A DNA stretch of 64,000 nt from Sphingomonadales bacterium (GTDB lineage Bacteria; Pseudomonadota; Alphaproteobacteria; CAZZKF01): the NCBI GenBank assembly GCA_046756385.1, contig JBHHWG010000003.1:6298-70297 (forward strand), in the 5' to 3' direction. The position numbers and the translations under genes are program-made. Shown piece after piece: positions 46,666-56,945 of this stretch. The notes under the pieces were generated by a model. The model saw only the letters and a list, made by a program, of their open reading frames with translations. It was not told the origin of the DNA and made no database searches. Position 1 is the first letter of the stretch. Every line of letters begins with the position of its first letter.

Positions 46666-46802
46666 AAAAAAAAGCCGGGCCCTTGAACAGGCCCGGCTAG
46701 TCATGGTTTGGAGGCTTCACGTCTGGGAGAGACAGTGAAGAATACCGTCCGGGAAATCAGGGGGGCCCGGACGGCGGCGGCTCAAAGGCTTTCGCCTTGA
46801 GC
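46666..46802 (-). ncRNA. Candidate trans-acting small RNA: three hairpins plus an intrinsic terminator (5' end undefined)
   Basis: Minus-strand hairpins lie at 46802-46780, 46774-45 (9-bp perfect stem, C-rich loop) and 46740-15 (loop CUCCC). A single-stranded CCUCC follows, then the terminator stem 46698-46673 and U8 (A8 at 46666-46673 on the plus strand). No credible minus-strand CDS lies upstream. Confidence 0.4.
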
Positions 46803-46984
46803 AATGCAGATACTGCGGTGCAACATCTGAAGACAGACTTAGGATTTGTCATGCACGACTGCCAGCGTTCATTTGGCAGATCAGCCATGCATTTCTGCAT
46901 TGCACCCTGGCACACGCCTTATTTGTCAGCGGATTTATAAGTCCGCGTTGACTTGGTGGTCCGTTCTGGCCATGATCGGCGACC

Positions 46985-47092
46985 ATGAAATTACTCAGAA
47001 AGAAAACGCTCGCCGACATAGTCATTTTCGCCGGACTTGTCGTGAACGCTCTTGTCATCCTGGCACTCATCGTTTTCTACGTGATCAGCTAG
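46985..47092 (+). CDS. Possible 35-aa small hydrophobic protein (below the ORF-track cutoff)
   Basis: Translates to MKLLRKKTLADIVIFAGLVVNALVILALIVFYVIS: a basic N-terminus plus a single TM helix. There is no SD, but a TTGACT-N17-CATGAT promoter-like element (46948-46976) would make the mRNA nearly leaderless. Confidence 0.25.
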   Translation: MKLLRKKTLADIVIFAGLVVNALVILALIVFYVIS

Positions 47093-47428
47093 ACATGGGC
47101 TTTCAACAAACCGTCAAATAGCGATTCGCCCGGATAATTGGCCCCTCCCCGGCTCACCCCGGCAAACCACTCGGGATATCTTCACGAAGTTGTGATTACC
47201 GTCTTTTGACCTCCTTTCGATAGGCACAGAACCGGTCCGTGCCAAATTCTACTTATAGGGCAATGCGTTAGGAATAATTGCTAAGGTGCTGGTCGAATCC
47301 TCCAAATCCCTTGATGTCTCATGGATCGCGTCAATAGTCTCTTTTTCGGCACTGCATTTGCGGATAGAAGGGAACTTGCATCATCAAGAACCAGTTTGAC
47401 TGGCCATAAACAAAACCAAGGGGGGAGT

Positions 47429-50400
47429 ATGCTTAGAACGCGTTCTCAAAAACATACCTATCTCTATTTAAGAACGGCTATTGCGCTGACAATGACCGCG
47501 GCGGCAACCGCGGCCCTTACACCCACGGCGGTCGCACAGCAGACAACGTCGGTGATTAACGGCAGTGTAGTCACAAGCGTTGGACAGGCGGTTGCGAACG
47601 CCAGGGTGGTAGTCGTCGATAGCCGGACCAATCAGCGGCGCACATTTACGACGAATTCGCAGGGCCGTTTCGTTGCCCGCGGCCTTCGCGTCGGCGGCCC
47701 CTACACGGTCACCCTGGAAGGCTCGGCCGATTACGAATCCTTTTCGCAGGAAAATGTCTTTCTGGAATTGGCGGAAACCACGCCGGTTTTCCTGGTCGCG
47801 CGCGCTGAAGGCGTGGTCGAGGAAATCGTGGTCACCGGTCGGCAGTCGGACACTCAGATTCAAATGGGCGCCGGAAGCCTGTTCGGCAGCGATAACATCA
47901 ACGCGCAGGCCAATGTCGGACGTGATTTTAAGAATATCATCCGTCAGAACCCGCGGGTCTCGATCGATCTGACCAACTCCAACGCGGTCTCCATCGGCGG
48001 GGGCAACAACCGATTCAACAGCTTGACGATCGACGGCGTTCGCCAAAATGATGACTTCGGCCTGAACAACAGCGGCCTGCCGACCCAACGTACCCCGGTC
48101 TCACTTGACGCCATCGAGCAGATCGGTGTCGAGGTCGCCCCCTTTGACGTCACCTTCGGCTCCTTCCAGGGCGGCACGATCAATATCGTGACCAAGTCGG
48201 GCACCAACGAGTTTCATGGTTCGGGCTTTTTCCATTTCTCGAACGAGGGTCTGACCGGCAACAGCACCGGCGACATCGACGCGCGCCTGGGTAATTTCAC
48301 CGAGAAATCATTTGGCGGCACGCTTTCCGGGCCAATCATCAAGGACAAGCTGTTCTTCTTCGCGAGCTATGAGAAATTCTCGGCCTCGGACACGTCGGGC
48401 CTGGATTTCGGCCCCGCCGGCTCCGGCCGCGCCAATGAGATTGACAGCGTCACCCAGGCCGACATCGATCGGGTCCTCGATATCGCCAATCGCGTCTATG
48501 GCTTTGACGCCCTGCCCCTGCCCACCAGCGGCAGTACTGTGACCGACAAGAAGTTCCTGGCCAAGATCGACTGGAATATTTCCGAACTGCACACGCTGAC
48601 AGCGACCTATCAGTACGTTAAGGGGAACGACCTCGTTCCTCAGGGCAATAGGCGGGGTCGGCGGATCGGGCTGCCTTCGAACTGGTACAACAAGACCGAG
48701 AAACTTCAGTCCCTGTCGACCCAGATCTTCTCGGACTGGACCGACGCCTTCTCGACCGAATTCAAATTCGCGCTGAAAAAGGTCGATACGTTCCAGGAAA
48801 GCCTGGGCGGCACCGACTTCGCCCAGATGACCATCGACACGCCAGGCGGCGGCGAGATCCGGATCGGTCCGGACTTTTTCCGTCACGGCAACCGGTTGGC
48901 GAACGACCAGGTTCAGGTGAAGTTCAAGGGCGATTATCTGTGGCGTGAACACCTGTTCACCGCAGGCTACGAGCGGGACACCCTTGATATTTTCAACCTG
49001 TTTACGCCCGGCTCCGAAGGTGACTACAACTTCGACAGCATCGACGATTTCGAAAACAGGATCGCGTCGAGCCTGTTCTATCAGAACGCGTTCACCAACG
49101 ATGAAAACGACGCCGCGGCCAATTTCGACTTCACGATCAACAGCGCCTACGGCCAGGACAAGTGGGAACCCACGGATAGCCTGACGATCATGGCCGGCTT
49201 CCGGTACGACTGGTACACCGGAAGCGACGCTCCCGAGCTTAACCAGAACTTCGTCGACCGGCATGGCTTCTCGAACCAGGAGACCCTGGACGGCCGCAGC
49301 ATCTTCATGCCGCGATTCGGGTTCAACTATCTGGTTGACGAACGAACCGTGGTTCGCGGCGGCGCCGGCCTGTTCTCGGGCGGGACGCCGAATGTGTGGT
49401 TGTCCAACAGCTTCTCAAACGACGGCGTGACCTTCACGGTCGCGGGCGACGACGGCAACAACCCGCAGTGCGCCGGCATCATGAGTTCGGCGGCCGCCTT
49501 GACCAACGTTGACGGTTTCAATGTCGCGCAGGAAGTTCAGGACTGCATGTTCTCGGGCAACGGCAACGTGAATGCCGTCGACCCCGACTTCGACATCCCG
49601 TCAAACTGGAAGTTCAATCTGGCCCTCGAGCATGACTTCGATTTCGGTCCGCTGGGCGAGGATTGGCACGTCACCGTCGAGGCGATCTGGTCGCGGGTGA
49701 AGGATGCCGTCGACTGGCGCGAACTGCGCCGGGTCCAGGTTGGCACGGCCTCCGACGGTCGTCCGATTTTCGACACGATCGACACCAATGGCTTCGATCT
49801 TTTGCTCACCAACACATCGAAGGGCAAGTCGGACAGCTACTCGGTCGCCGTCGATAAAACGTTCGAGGACCGGTTTGCCGGCGAGACCTACTTCTCGGCA
49901 TCCTACACCTATTCGGACGTGGAGGATGTGAACCCGGGCGAAAGCTCGACCGCAACGTCGAACTTTGGCAAGCCGGCGGCATCGGACCGCAACAACAAGC
50001 CGCTTGGCACCTCCGACTTCGAAATTCGCCACCGGGTGACCGGTTCTCTGTCCTACAAGAAGGCGTTTTTCGGCGACAACAACACGACGATCAGCTTCTT
50101 CCTGGAAACCCGTTCCGGCAAGCCGTTCAGCTACACCTTCGACAACAACAATCGTGACACCAGCGTCTTCGGTGGTGACCGCGAGTTTGTGCGGCGGGAC
50201 AGCCAGTTGCTTTACGTGCCGACCGGGGCGAACGACCCGAACGTGACATTCGCTCCCGGGTTCGACCAGGCAGCGTTCTTCGCGTTTGTCGAATCCTCGG
50301 GCTTGTCCAAGTTCGCAGGCCAGATTTCCGAGAAGAATGCGTTCCGCAGCCCGTGGCGGACCCGGGTCGACATGCGCTTCGTCCAGGAAATCCACATGCC

Positions 50401-50653
50401 AAGCCTGCCGGTGTTTGGGGGCAACAAGTTCGAATTCTTCTTCGATATGGAGAACCTCGCGAACTTCCTGAACAACGATTGGGGCCGGGTCGAGCAGGTG
50501 AGCTTCCCGTTCACCGCGCCGATCGTCCGTGCATCCACGGATGCCAACGGCAAGCTCGTCTTTGAGAGCTTCAACGCCGGGCGTGCGGCTCCACGTGTGT
50601 CCACATTGCCATCGCTGTGGAAAGTCCAGTTGGGCGTAAGGTTCGCCTTCTAG
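47429..50653 (+). CDS. Large TonB-dependent receptor with an N-terminal carboxypeptidase-regulatory-like domain (Oar-like)
   Basis: GGGGGGAG precedes ATG 47429. The signal peptide ends AVAQQ. An ING(S)VV...G..V..A.V beta-sandwich start and plug blocks follow (EEIVVTGRQSD, the FQGGTINIVTKSGTNEFHG block), and the protein ends in a terminal Phe (GVRFAF). The tracked ORF opens at 47321. Confidence 0.9.
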   Translation: MLRTRSQKHTYLYLRTAIALTMTAAATAALTPTAVAQQTTSVINGSVVTSVGQAVANARVVVVDSRTNQRRTFTTNSQGRFVARGLRVGGPYTVTLEGSADYESFSQENVFLELAETTPVFLVARAEGVVEEIVVTGRQSDTQIQMGAGSLFGSDNINAQANVGRDFKNIIRQNPRVSIDLTNSNAVSIGGGNNRFNSLTIDGVRQNDDFGLNNSGLPTQRTPVSLDAIEQIGVEVAPFDVTFGSFQGGTINIVTKSGTNEFHGSGFFHFSNEGLTGNSTGDIDARLGNFTEKSFGGTLSGPIIKDKLFFFASYEKFSASDTSGLDFGPAGSGRANEIDSVTQADIDRVLDIANRVYGFDALPLPTSGSTVTDKKFLAKIDWNISELHTLTATYQYVKGNDLVPQGNRRGRRIGLPSNWYNKTEKLQSLSTQIFSDWTDAFSTEFKFALKKVDTFQESLGGTDFAQMTIDTPGGGEIRIGPDFFRHGNRLANDQVQVKFKGDYLWREHLFTAGYERDTLDIFNLFTPGSEGDYNFDSIDDFENRIASSLFYQNAFTNDENDAAANFDFTINSAYGQDKWEPTDSLTIMAGFRYDWYTGSDAPELNQNFVDRHGFSNQETLDGRSIFMPRFGFNYLVDERTVVRGGAGLFSGGTPNVWLSNSFSNDGVTFTVAGDDGNNPQCAGIMSSAAALTNVDGFNVAQEVQDCMFSGNGNVNAVDPDFDIPSNWKFNLALEHDFDFGPLGEDWHVTVEAIWSRVKDAVDWRELRRVQVGTASDGRPIFDTIDTNGFDLLLTNTSKGKSDSYSVAVDKTFEDRFAGETYFSASYTYSDVEDVNPGESSTATSNFGKPAASDRNNKPLGTSDFEIRHRVTGSLSYKKAFFGDNNTTISFFLETRSGKPFSYTFDNNNRDTSVFGGDREFVRRDSQLLYVPTGANDPNVTFAPGFDQAAFFAFVESSGLSKFAGQISEKNAFRSPWRTRVDMRFVQEIHMPSLPVFGGNKFEFFFDMENLANFLNNDWGRVEQVSFPFTAPIVRASTDANGKLVFESFNAGRAAPRVSTLPSLWKVQLGVRFAF

Positions 50654-50678
50654 TCCTTTGGACATCGCACCAAAATCG

Positions 50679-50709
50679 AGGGGCGGCCTTTGGGTCGCCC
50701 CTTTCTTTT
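50679..50709 (+). terminator. Rho-independent terminator after the TonB receptor gene
   Basis: AGGGGCGGCC ... GGGTCGCCCCT forms a stem of about 10 bp with a tetraloop, followed by TTCTTTT. It lies between convergent genes. Confidence 0.75.
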
Positions 50710-50738
50710 CGCCTCACCGTTGACGGGGCCGCTCTCGA

Positions 50739-51845
50739 TTAATGATCTTTCAGATCATCGAGCGACATGGTCACGGCCCGCACGGTCTTCCCGGCAATAT
50801 TCTTGAGCTCAAGGTTCAGGATCTGATCGCCCCAGTCGACCGAAATCAGGCCGAAATTCTCCGGCCCATAGAGGTGGCCCATTTGATGGGGGCCGTATTC
50901 GGGCACGGTGGCGCCCATTGCAAAAGACTTGTTGATCGAGCTGGACGTGAATTCGTACAGCGGATAGTCCGAGACGCCTTCCAGGCGATAGAAGCCGCCG
51001 ATATGACGATCACCGGACAGCAGGATCACGTTTTCGGCTCCGGTTTCCCGGATCAACTGATAAAGCCGCTCACGCTCGCGCGGCAGGTTGCCCCAGCGCT
51101 CCCACCCGTGGCCGTCGGCAATCACCTGGATTGACGAAACCAGCAGCCGCAACTCGGCCGGCTTCCCAAGCTGCTCCTCCAACCAGGCCCATTGCTCGTC
51201 ACCCAGCATCGTCTTGGACGGATCGTCTTCGGGCAGGTAGCGTTCCTTGCCTGGTGCGCCCATTTCGTCGGTGGGCTTGAGGGTGGAGCGGAACCAGCGG
51301 GTATCAAGCAGGATGATCTGCACCCGCTGTCCTTCCGGGCCGAATATCGCGGCGTTGTAAACGCCGTCATGCCCGCGCACCGCGGCATCCTCGGGCACCT
51401 CGAAGAAATCGAGCATCAGGTCCTTCGATTTTGCTTTCAGCGGGAACTCCGCGCCGGCGTCATTGAAACCGTAGTCGTGATCGTCCCAGGTGACCATCAT
51501 CGGAACTTTCTGGCGAAAGGCCCTGAAATCCCGTCGGGCGCCAAGAGTCTTATAGGCGTACTCGATCGCCTCCAGATTTGGGCCGTCAACCCACCTCCCC
51601 TTATAGATATCGGCATACACATTATCGCCGATGAACAGGAAAAGGTCGGGATCGGACTTGGCGATTGTCGACCAGATCGGCTGCGGCAGGACTTCATCGG
51701 CGCAGGAGCCGAACGCGATTCTGGTAATCAGGCTATCGGAAGATGGCAGTGACGCCGCAACGCGATCGCTCCCCTCATCCGCGAACGACCATGCGGCGAA
51801 CCCAACGGCCAATGCGATAGCGGCGGCTGATATCCTGAATTTCAT
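50739..51845 (-). CDS. phoD: PhoD-like phosphatase/phosphodiesterase (alkaline phosphatase D family), secreted
   Basis: Metallophosphatase blocks are present ([37 protein letters not shown]). The signal is Sec-type ([22 protein letters not shown]). Its ATG overlaps the deoB stop as ATGA. Confidence 0.85.
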   Translation of the reverse strand: MKFRISAAAIALAVGFAAWSFADEGSDRVAASLPSSDSLITRIAFGSCADEVLPQPIWSTIAKSDPDLFLFIGDNVYADIYKGRWVDGPNLEAIEYAYKTLGARRDFRAFRQKVPMMVTWDDHDYGFNDAGAEFPLKAKSKDLMLDFFEVPEDAAVRGHDGVYNAAIFGPEGQRVQIILLDTRWFRSTLKPTDEMGAPGKERYLPEDDPSKTMLGDEQWAWLEEQLGKPAELRLLVSSIQVIADGHGWERWGNLPRERERLYQLIRETGAENVILLSGDRHIGGFYRLEGVSDYPLYEFTSSSINKSFAMGATVPEYGPHQMGHLYGPENFGLISVDWGDQILNLELKNIAGKTVRAVTMSLDDLKDH

Positions 51846-53071
51846 ATTGTTTCCCCTGGAACCGTCTTGCCCGCCTTAAGCGGTTTGATCCCCAGATGAC
51901 GGGCCACGGTCTGGCCGATATCCGCGAAGCTGTCCCGAACCCCGATGCTGCCCGCCGGTATCCCCGGGCCAAAGGCAATGAACGGCACGCATTCGCGGGT
52001 ATGATCCGACCCGGCCCATGTCGGATCACAGCCGTGATCCGCGGTCAGCACCACAAGATCGCCGGGCTCAAGCCGTGCGGTAAGCTCCGGCAACCGCTTG
52101 TCGAACAATTCCAGTTCGGCGGCATAGCCCAGCGGATCGCGCCGATGGCCGTGCAGGGAATCGAAATCCACGAAATTCGTGAACAGCAAGCTGCCGTCAG
52201 GCGCGCGTCCCAGTTCCTCCAGCGTCGTGTCAAACAGCGCGGCGGTCCCGGCGGCCTTGCGTTTGCGGGTCATCCCGCGATGGGCGAAAATATCACCGGT
52301 CTTGCCGATCGCGATCACCTCCCGCCCGGCCTCGGAAAGCTTGTCAAGCAGCGTCGGCTGGTGCGGTGGCGTCGCATAGTCCCGCCGGTTTGCCGTGCGT
52401 TCATAGGCGCCATTCGCGCCAACAAAAGGCCGGGCGATCACCCGCCCGATATTGTAAGGGTCGACCAGCTTGCGCGCGATCTCACAGACCTCATAAAGCC
52501 GCGCCAGACCGAAATGTTCTTCGTGGGCCGCAATCTGGAATACGCTGTCAGCCGATGTGTAAACGATGGGTTTTCCGCTGGCCACATGCTCGTCGCCCAA
52601 CTCGGCGATGATTGTCGTGCCAGAGGCATGACAATTGCCCAGAACGCCAGGCAGCCCCGCCTGGTCAATCAGACCGTCAATCAGACCCGCTGGAAAGCTC
52701 GGATAGTCAGGGGGGAAATAGCCCCAGTCGAACAGCACCGGCACGCCCGCCATTTCCCAGTGGCCGCTCGGCGTATCCTTGCCGTGGCTAAGCTCGGCAC
52801 AGGCGCCGTACATCCCCTGTGCAGGGCCGGTCTGTTCCAGTCCTTGCGGCACACGGCCGGTAACCAGGCGGGCGGCCTCACCCAGGCCCAGCGCGGAAAG
52901 ATTGGGTATTTGCAACGGTCCGGCCGCCGGGCGCTTGGCACTGGTGTCGCCGCGGTGGCAGACCTCCGCGATATGGCCCAATGTATCCGCGCCCACATCG
53001 CCGAACCGGTCGGCGTCGGGCGCGGCGCCGATGCCAAAGCTGTCCAGGACCAGTATCGCGGCGCGCGGCAT
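51842..53071 (-). CDS. deoB: Phosphopentomutase
   Basis: Carries [20 protein letters not shown]...GADTLGHI and the [10 protein letters not shown] block. Confidence 0.95.
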   Translation of the reverse strand: MPRAAILVLDSFGIGAAPDADRFGDVGADTLGHIAEVCHRGDTSAKRPAAGPLQIPNLSALGLGEAARLVTGRVPQGLEQTGPAQGMYGACAELSHGKDTPSGHWEMAGVPVLFDWGYFPPDYPSFPAGLIDGLIDQAGLPGVLGNCHASGTTIIAELGDEHVASGKPIVYTSADSVFQIAAHEEHFGLARLYEVCEIARKLVDPYNIGRVIARPFVGANGAYERTANRRDYATPPHQPTLLDKLSEAGREVIAIGKTGDIFAHRGMTRKRKAAGTAALFDTTLEELGRAPDGSLLFTNFVDFDSLHGHRRDPLGYAAELELFDKRLPELTARLEPGDLVVLTADHGCDPTWAGSDHTRECVPFIAFGPGIPAGSIGVRDSFADIGQTVARHLGIKPLKAGKTVPGETI

Positions 53072-53081
53072 TAAGGTCTCC

Positions 53082-54410
53082 CTATCCTGTAATGATCTCT
53101 TTTACCATACCAGCCGCATCAACCGGCTGATCGGAAATTTCGATCGCCGCGCGAACCATCGCGGCGGCTTGATCGGCTGCCTGTTCATCGCGGGCGTGAA
53201 CCAGACAGATCGGCTGCTCCGGCCCGGCCGAATCGCCGATTCCGGCGATGTCCGTCAAGCCGACCGCCGGATCGATCTCCTGGTCGGCGCGGGTTCGTCC
53301 GCCGCCGAGCGCGACCACGGCCAGCCCCATGGCGCGGGCATCCATGGCGCTGATTGATCCTTCGATCTCGGGATGGATCGATTTCACGACCGGAGCAGCG
53401 GGGAGATGCCGTTCGGCGTTCTCCATGAAATCGGAAGGCCCGCCCTGGGCAACAGTCATTCTTGCGAAAATATCGGCCGCCCGACCGCTATTGAGCGCGC
53501 TCGTCGCTTTGCCGAGGGCGGATTTCGCATCGTCAGCCAGTCCGGTCAGAACCAGCATCTGGCTCGCCAGTTCCAGCGTACAGGCCTTGAGCCTCGGCTC
53601 CTGGGCGTCGCCTTTAAGAAAGGCCACGCATTCCGCGATCTCAACCGCATTGCCGGCGGTTTTCCCAAGCACCTGATTCATATCGGTCAGCAGCGCGGTG
53701 ACCGGCAGACCCGCAACCCCGGCCACCCGGACGATATTCTCAGCCAGCACCCGCGCCTTGTCAGCGGTGTCCATAAACGCGCCGGATCCGAACTTGACGT
53801 CCATCACCAGGCCATCCAGCCCCGCCGCCAGCTTCTTGGACAGAATGGAAGCCGTGATCAGCGGCACGGATTCGACAGTCGCCGTGACATCGCGGATGGC
53901 GTAAAAGCGCCGGTCGGCGGGCGCCAGATTCCCGGTCTGACCGATGATCGAACAGCCCACTTCCCGCGTGATCCGGGCGAACAGATCCAGCCGAGGGGTC
54001 GCGTCATAACCCGGGATGCTTTCAAGCTTATCGAGCGTACCCCCGGTATGCCCCAGCCCGCGGCCCGAAATCATCGGGACATAGCCCCCGCAAGCCGCGA
54101 CAATCGGGGCCAGTACAAGGCTTACCTTGTCGCCCACGCCTCCGGTGGAATGTTTGTCGACAACCGGCCCGTCCAGCGCCGCGCTTCCCCAGTCAAGCAC
54201 GTCTCCGCTGTGGGTCATGGCTGTGGTAAGCGCCGCCTGCTCCGTCGCCTCCAGCCCATTGAAGAAAACCGCCATGGCGAAGGCGGCGATCTGTCCCTCG
54301 CTGACCGAACCGTCGGTAATGCCGGCCACGAATCGCTCGATGTCCCGGTCCGGCAAATTCTTGCCATCGCGTTTGGTGCGGATGAATTCCTGCGGCAGAA
54401 ACGTACTCAT
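53082..54410 (-). CDS. deoA: Thymidine (pyrimidine-nucleoside) phosphorylase
   Basis: Carries [24 protein letters not shown] and [16 protein letters not shown]. Confidence 0.95.
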   Translation of the reverse strand: MSTFLPQEFIRTKRDGKNLPDRDIERFVAGITDGSVSEGQIAAFAMAVFFNGLEATEQAALTTAMTHSGDVLDWGSAALDGPVVDKHSTGGVGDKVSLVLAPIVAACGGYVPMISGRGLGHTGGTLDKLESIPGYDATPRLDLFARITREVGCSIIGQTGNLAPADRRFYAIRDVTATVESVPLITASILSKKLAAGLDGLVMDVKFGSGAFMDTADKARVLAENIVRVAGVAGLPVTALLTDMNQVLGKTAGNAVEIAECVAFLKGDAQEPRLKACTLELASQMLVLTGLADDAKSALGKATSALNSGRAADIFARMTVAQGGPSDFMENAERHLPAAPVVKSIHPEIEGSISAMDARAMGLAVVALGGGRTRADQEIDPAVGLTDIAGIGDSAGPEQPICLVHARDEQAADQAAAMVRAAIEISDQPVDAAGMVKEIITG

Positions 54411-54439
54411 TGAACTGTCTTGACCCCGAACTGATTATC

Positions 54440-54838
54440 TTAGCCGTTGAGCGTGAACGCGTGCGGCAGAAGCTCGCCCATTGTGGTTTCCAGCAGCACG
54501 CCGCCGGGTCCACAGACTATGACACTGGTATCCGGATCGGCGAATTCCCGAATGCGCTGGCGGCAGCCGCCGCATGGGGTGCACGGCTCATCGGTGGGCC
54601 CGGCGATCACCACCTCGACAATCTTGCGGTCCCCGGCCCTGATCATGGCCCCGATCGCACTCGCCTCGGCGCATTGGCCGAGCGGATAAGCCGCATTCTC
54701 GACATTGCAGCCGGTGTAAACCCTTCCGCTCTCACTGCGAACCGCGGCCCCGACCATGTAATTGGAATATGGCGCATAGGCTCGTCGGCGTGCGCTTTCG
54801 GCCTCGTCGATCATCGCGCGGATTTTTGAATCGGACAT
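54440..54838 (-). CDS. cdd: Cytidine deaminase
   Basis: Zinc-binding motifs are present (CAEASAI and PCGGCRQ); 132 aa. Confidence 0.93.
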   Translation of the reverse strand: MSDSKIRAMIDEAESARRRAYAPYSNYMVGAAVRSESGRVYTGCNVENAAYPLGQCAEASAIGAMIRAGDRKIVEVVIAGPTDEPCTPCGGCRQRIREFADPDTSVIVCGPGGVLLETTMGELLPHAFTLNG

Positions 54839-55813
54839 CTAGTCCCCCTTGGAATAGGGCAGCCCACTTGCCTTCGGCGCCTGAATCCGCCCCACGAACC
54901 CTGCCAGGATGATCACGGTCATGACATAAGGCAACATGATCGTGAACTGGAACGGTATCTCACCCAGCACCGGAAACTCGAAACCCTGGAGCCGCCCTTG
55001 CAGCGCATCGACAAAACCGAATAACAGGCACGCGAACAAGGTTGGTATCGGCTTCCACTTGCCGAAGATCATCGCCGCCAGCGCCAGAAAGCCCTTCCCC
55101 GCCGACATATCGCGAACGAACGACGACCCCAGCGCGGTCGACAACACGGTTCCCGCCAGCCCGCACAAGAAGCCGTTTACCAGCATCGCCTGATAGCGCA
55201 GCAGGTAGACACTGATGCCGGCGGTATCGACGGCCTCCGGATTCTCGCCAACCGCCCTGAGGCGCAATCCGAACCGGGTTCGATAGAGGACCCATGCCGC
55301 CAGCGGGACGATCAGGGCCGCCAGATAGGTGATCGCGTTGTGGCCCGAGATCACTTCGGTATAAAGCGGTCCGATCACCGGGACCATGCTGGCTTCGGCG
55401 GCTCCGAACCAGGTGATTGCGCCAAAACGCGCTTCCCCCGACAACAATGGCGTCTGGCCATTCAGGTGGAACCAGTGATTGGCGAGCGTCGGCGCCAGCC
55501 CGGCGACCATGAGATTGATCGCCGCGCCCGACACGATCTGATTGCCGCGCTGATGTATCGCCACCCAGCCATGCAACAGCGCCAGCAGCATCGAGGACAC
55601 AACCCCCGCGCCCACGCCGAGCCAGGCCGAACCGGTAACCGCGGCGACGGCGGCCGCGGCAAAAGCGGCGCCCAGCATCTTGCCTTCAAGCCCGATGTCG
55701 ACCACGCCGGACCGTTCGGCATACAGACCGGCGAGCGCCGCCAAAACCAACGGCGTAGCGGTCCGAAAGGTTGAATCCGCCAGGATCAGGATATCGAAAT
55801 ACAGATCAGCCAT
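54839..55813 (-). CDS. ABC transporter permease (BMP/nucleoside-type, NupQ/YufQ-like)
   Basis: Polytopic membrane protein in the BMP-family transporter operon. The likely start at Met27 (MADLYFDILIL) overlaps the upstream gene by 8 nt. The tracked ORF extends to 55891. Confidence 0.9.
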   Translation of the reverse strand: MADLYFDILILADSTFRTATPLVLAALAGLYAERSGVVDIGLEGKMLGAAFAAAAVAAVTGSAWLGVGAGVVSSMLLALLHGWVAIHQRGNQIVSGAAINLMVAGLAPTLANHWFHLNGQTPLLSGEARFGAITWFGAAEASMVPVIGPLYTEVISGHNAITYLAALIVPLAAWVLYRTRFGLRLRAVGENPEAVDTAGISVYLLRYQAMLVNGFLCGLAGTVLSTALGSSFVRDMSAGKGFLALAAMIFGKWKPIPTLFACLLFGFVDALQGRLQGFEFPVLGEIPFQFTIMLPYVMTVIILAGFVGRIQAPKASGLPYSKGD

Positions 55814-56945
55814 TGGCGGCCTCCGCCGGCTGTAGCCGCCGTAGCAGATAACGCAACTGTGGCCGGAACAAATGCTCAAGCGCGCCGGCAAACAGGATCA
55901 CCAGCCCTTGCACCATGACAATCAGATCGCGCGTGATGCCCGGCATCTCAAAGGCGACCTCCGCGCCACCCTGATAGAGCGCGCCGAACAGGACAGCGGC
56001 CAGCACAATGCCGATCGGGTGGTTTCTGCCCATAAAGGCCACCGCGATCCCGACAAAGCCGAAACCCATCGTGAAATTCGCGATCAGACGATGCTGCACG
56101 CCCATCAGCTCATTCAGTCCCATCAGGCCCGCCAGGCCGCCCGCCACCAACATCGACAGAACGATGTTCCGGGAAACGGAAATCCCGCCGAACCGGGCCG
56201 CGTGAGGGTTGCCGCCAACCACGCGAATGGCGTAGCCCCACTTCGTTCGCTCGATGAAGAACCACGCCAGGGCGCAGCAGGCGAGCGCGACAACGAAGGA
56301 CAGATTGAGCGGCGAGCCTTCAATGTTGATGCCCATCGAGGCAAAAACATCGTGAATTTTGGGCATCCACGCAGCCATCGGGAAATCAGGACTTTCAAGG
56401 CTTTGCGCATCGGGATGCTTGAGGATGCCCACCAGCAACCAGGATACGAACGAGGCGGCGATAAAATTGAACATGATCGTCGTGATCACGATGTGGCTGC
56501 CGCGCCTTGCCTGCAGCCAGGCGGGTATCGCCGCCCACGCCGCGCCCAGGGCCGCCGCCCCAAGCATCGCCAGCGGGATCAGGAGGAGAGCCGGCAAATC
56601 GCCCAGGTACAACGCGACCAATGTCAGGCCCAGCCCGCCCATGATCGCCTGCCCCTCGCCGCCAATATTGAACAGGCCGCATCGGAACGCGACCGACACC
56701 GCAAGCCCGGTGAAGATGAAATTGGTCGCATAATAAAGGGTATAGCCAACCGCCTCGCCATAGCCGAAAGCGCCGAAAACAAGCAACTTTACGGCTTCAA
56801 GCGGGGATTCACCGATCGCCAGAACCACCAGCCCCGACAACGCGAAAGCCGTGGCGAGCTGAAGCACGGGCAGTACGCCGGCACTGGCCCAGAGCGGCAA
56901 ATCGTCGTCTTGGCGCTCAGCCGACATATTGTTCCCTTTCCTCAC
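55806..56945 (-). CDS. ABC transporter permease (BMP/nucleoside-type, NupP/YufP-like)
   Basis: Polytopic membrane protein. The start is Met1 (56945) or Met7 (56927); both overlap the ATPase gene's 3' end. Confidence 0.9.
   Translation of the reverse strand: MRKGNNMSAERQDDDLPLWASAGVLPVLQLATAFALSGLVVLAIGESPLEAVKLLVFGAFGYGEAVGYTLYYATNFIFTGLAVSVAFRCGLFNIGGEGQAIMGGLGLTLVALYLGDLPALLLIPLAMLGAAALGAAWAAIPAWLQARRGSHIVITTIMFNFIAASFVSWLLVGILKHPDAQSLESPDFPMAAWMPKIHDVFASMGINIEGSPLNLSFVVALACCALAWFFIERTKWGYAIRVVGGNPHAARFGGISVSRNIVLSMLVAGGLAGLMGLNELMGVQHRLIANFTMGFGFVGIAVAFMGRNHPIGIVLAAVLFGALYQGGAEVAFEMPGITRDLIVMVQGLVILFAGALEHLFRPQLRYLLRRLQPAEAANG

Noticed and set aside
46908-46922. TGGCAC-ACGCC-TTAT upstream of the 35-codon ORF, as a sigma-54 promoter.
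   Set aside because: The -12 element lacks the conserved GC.
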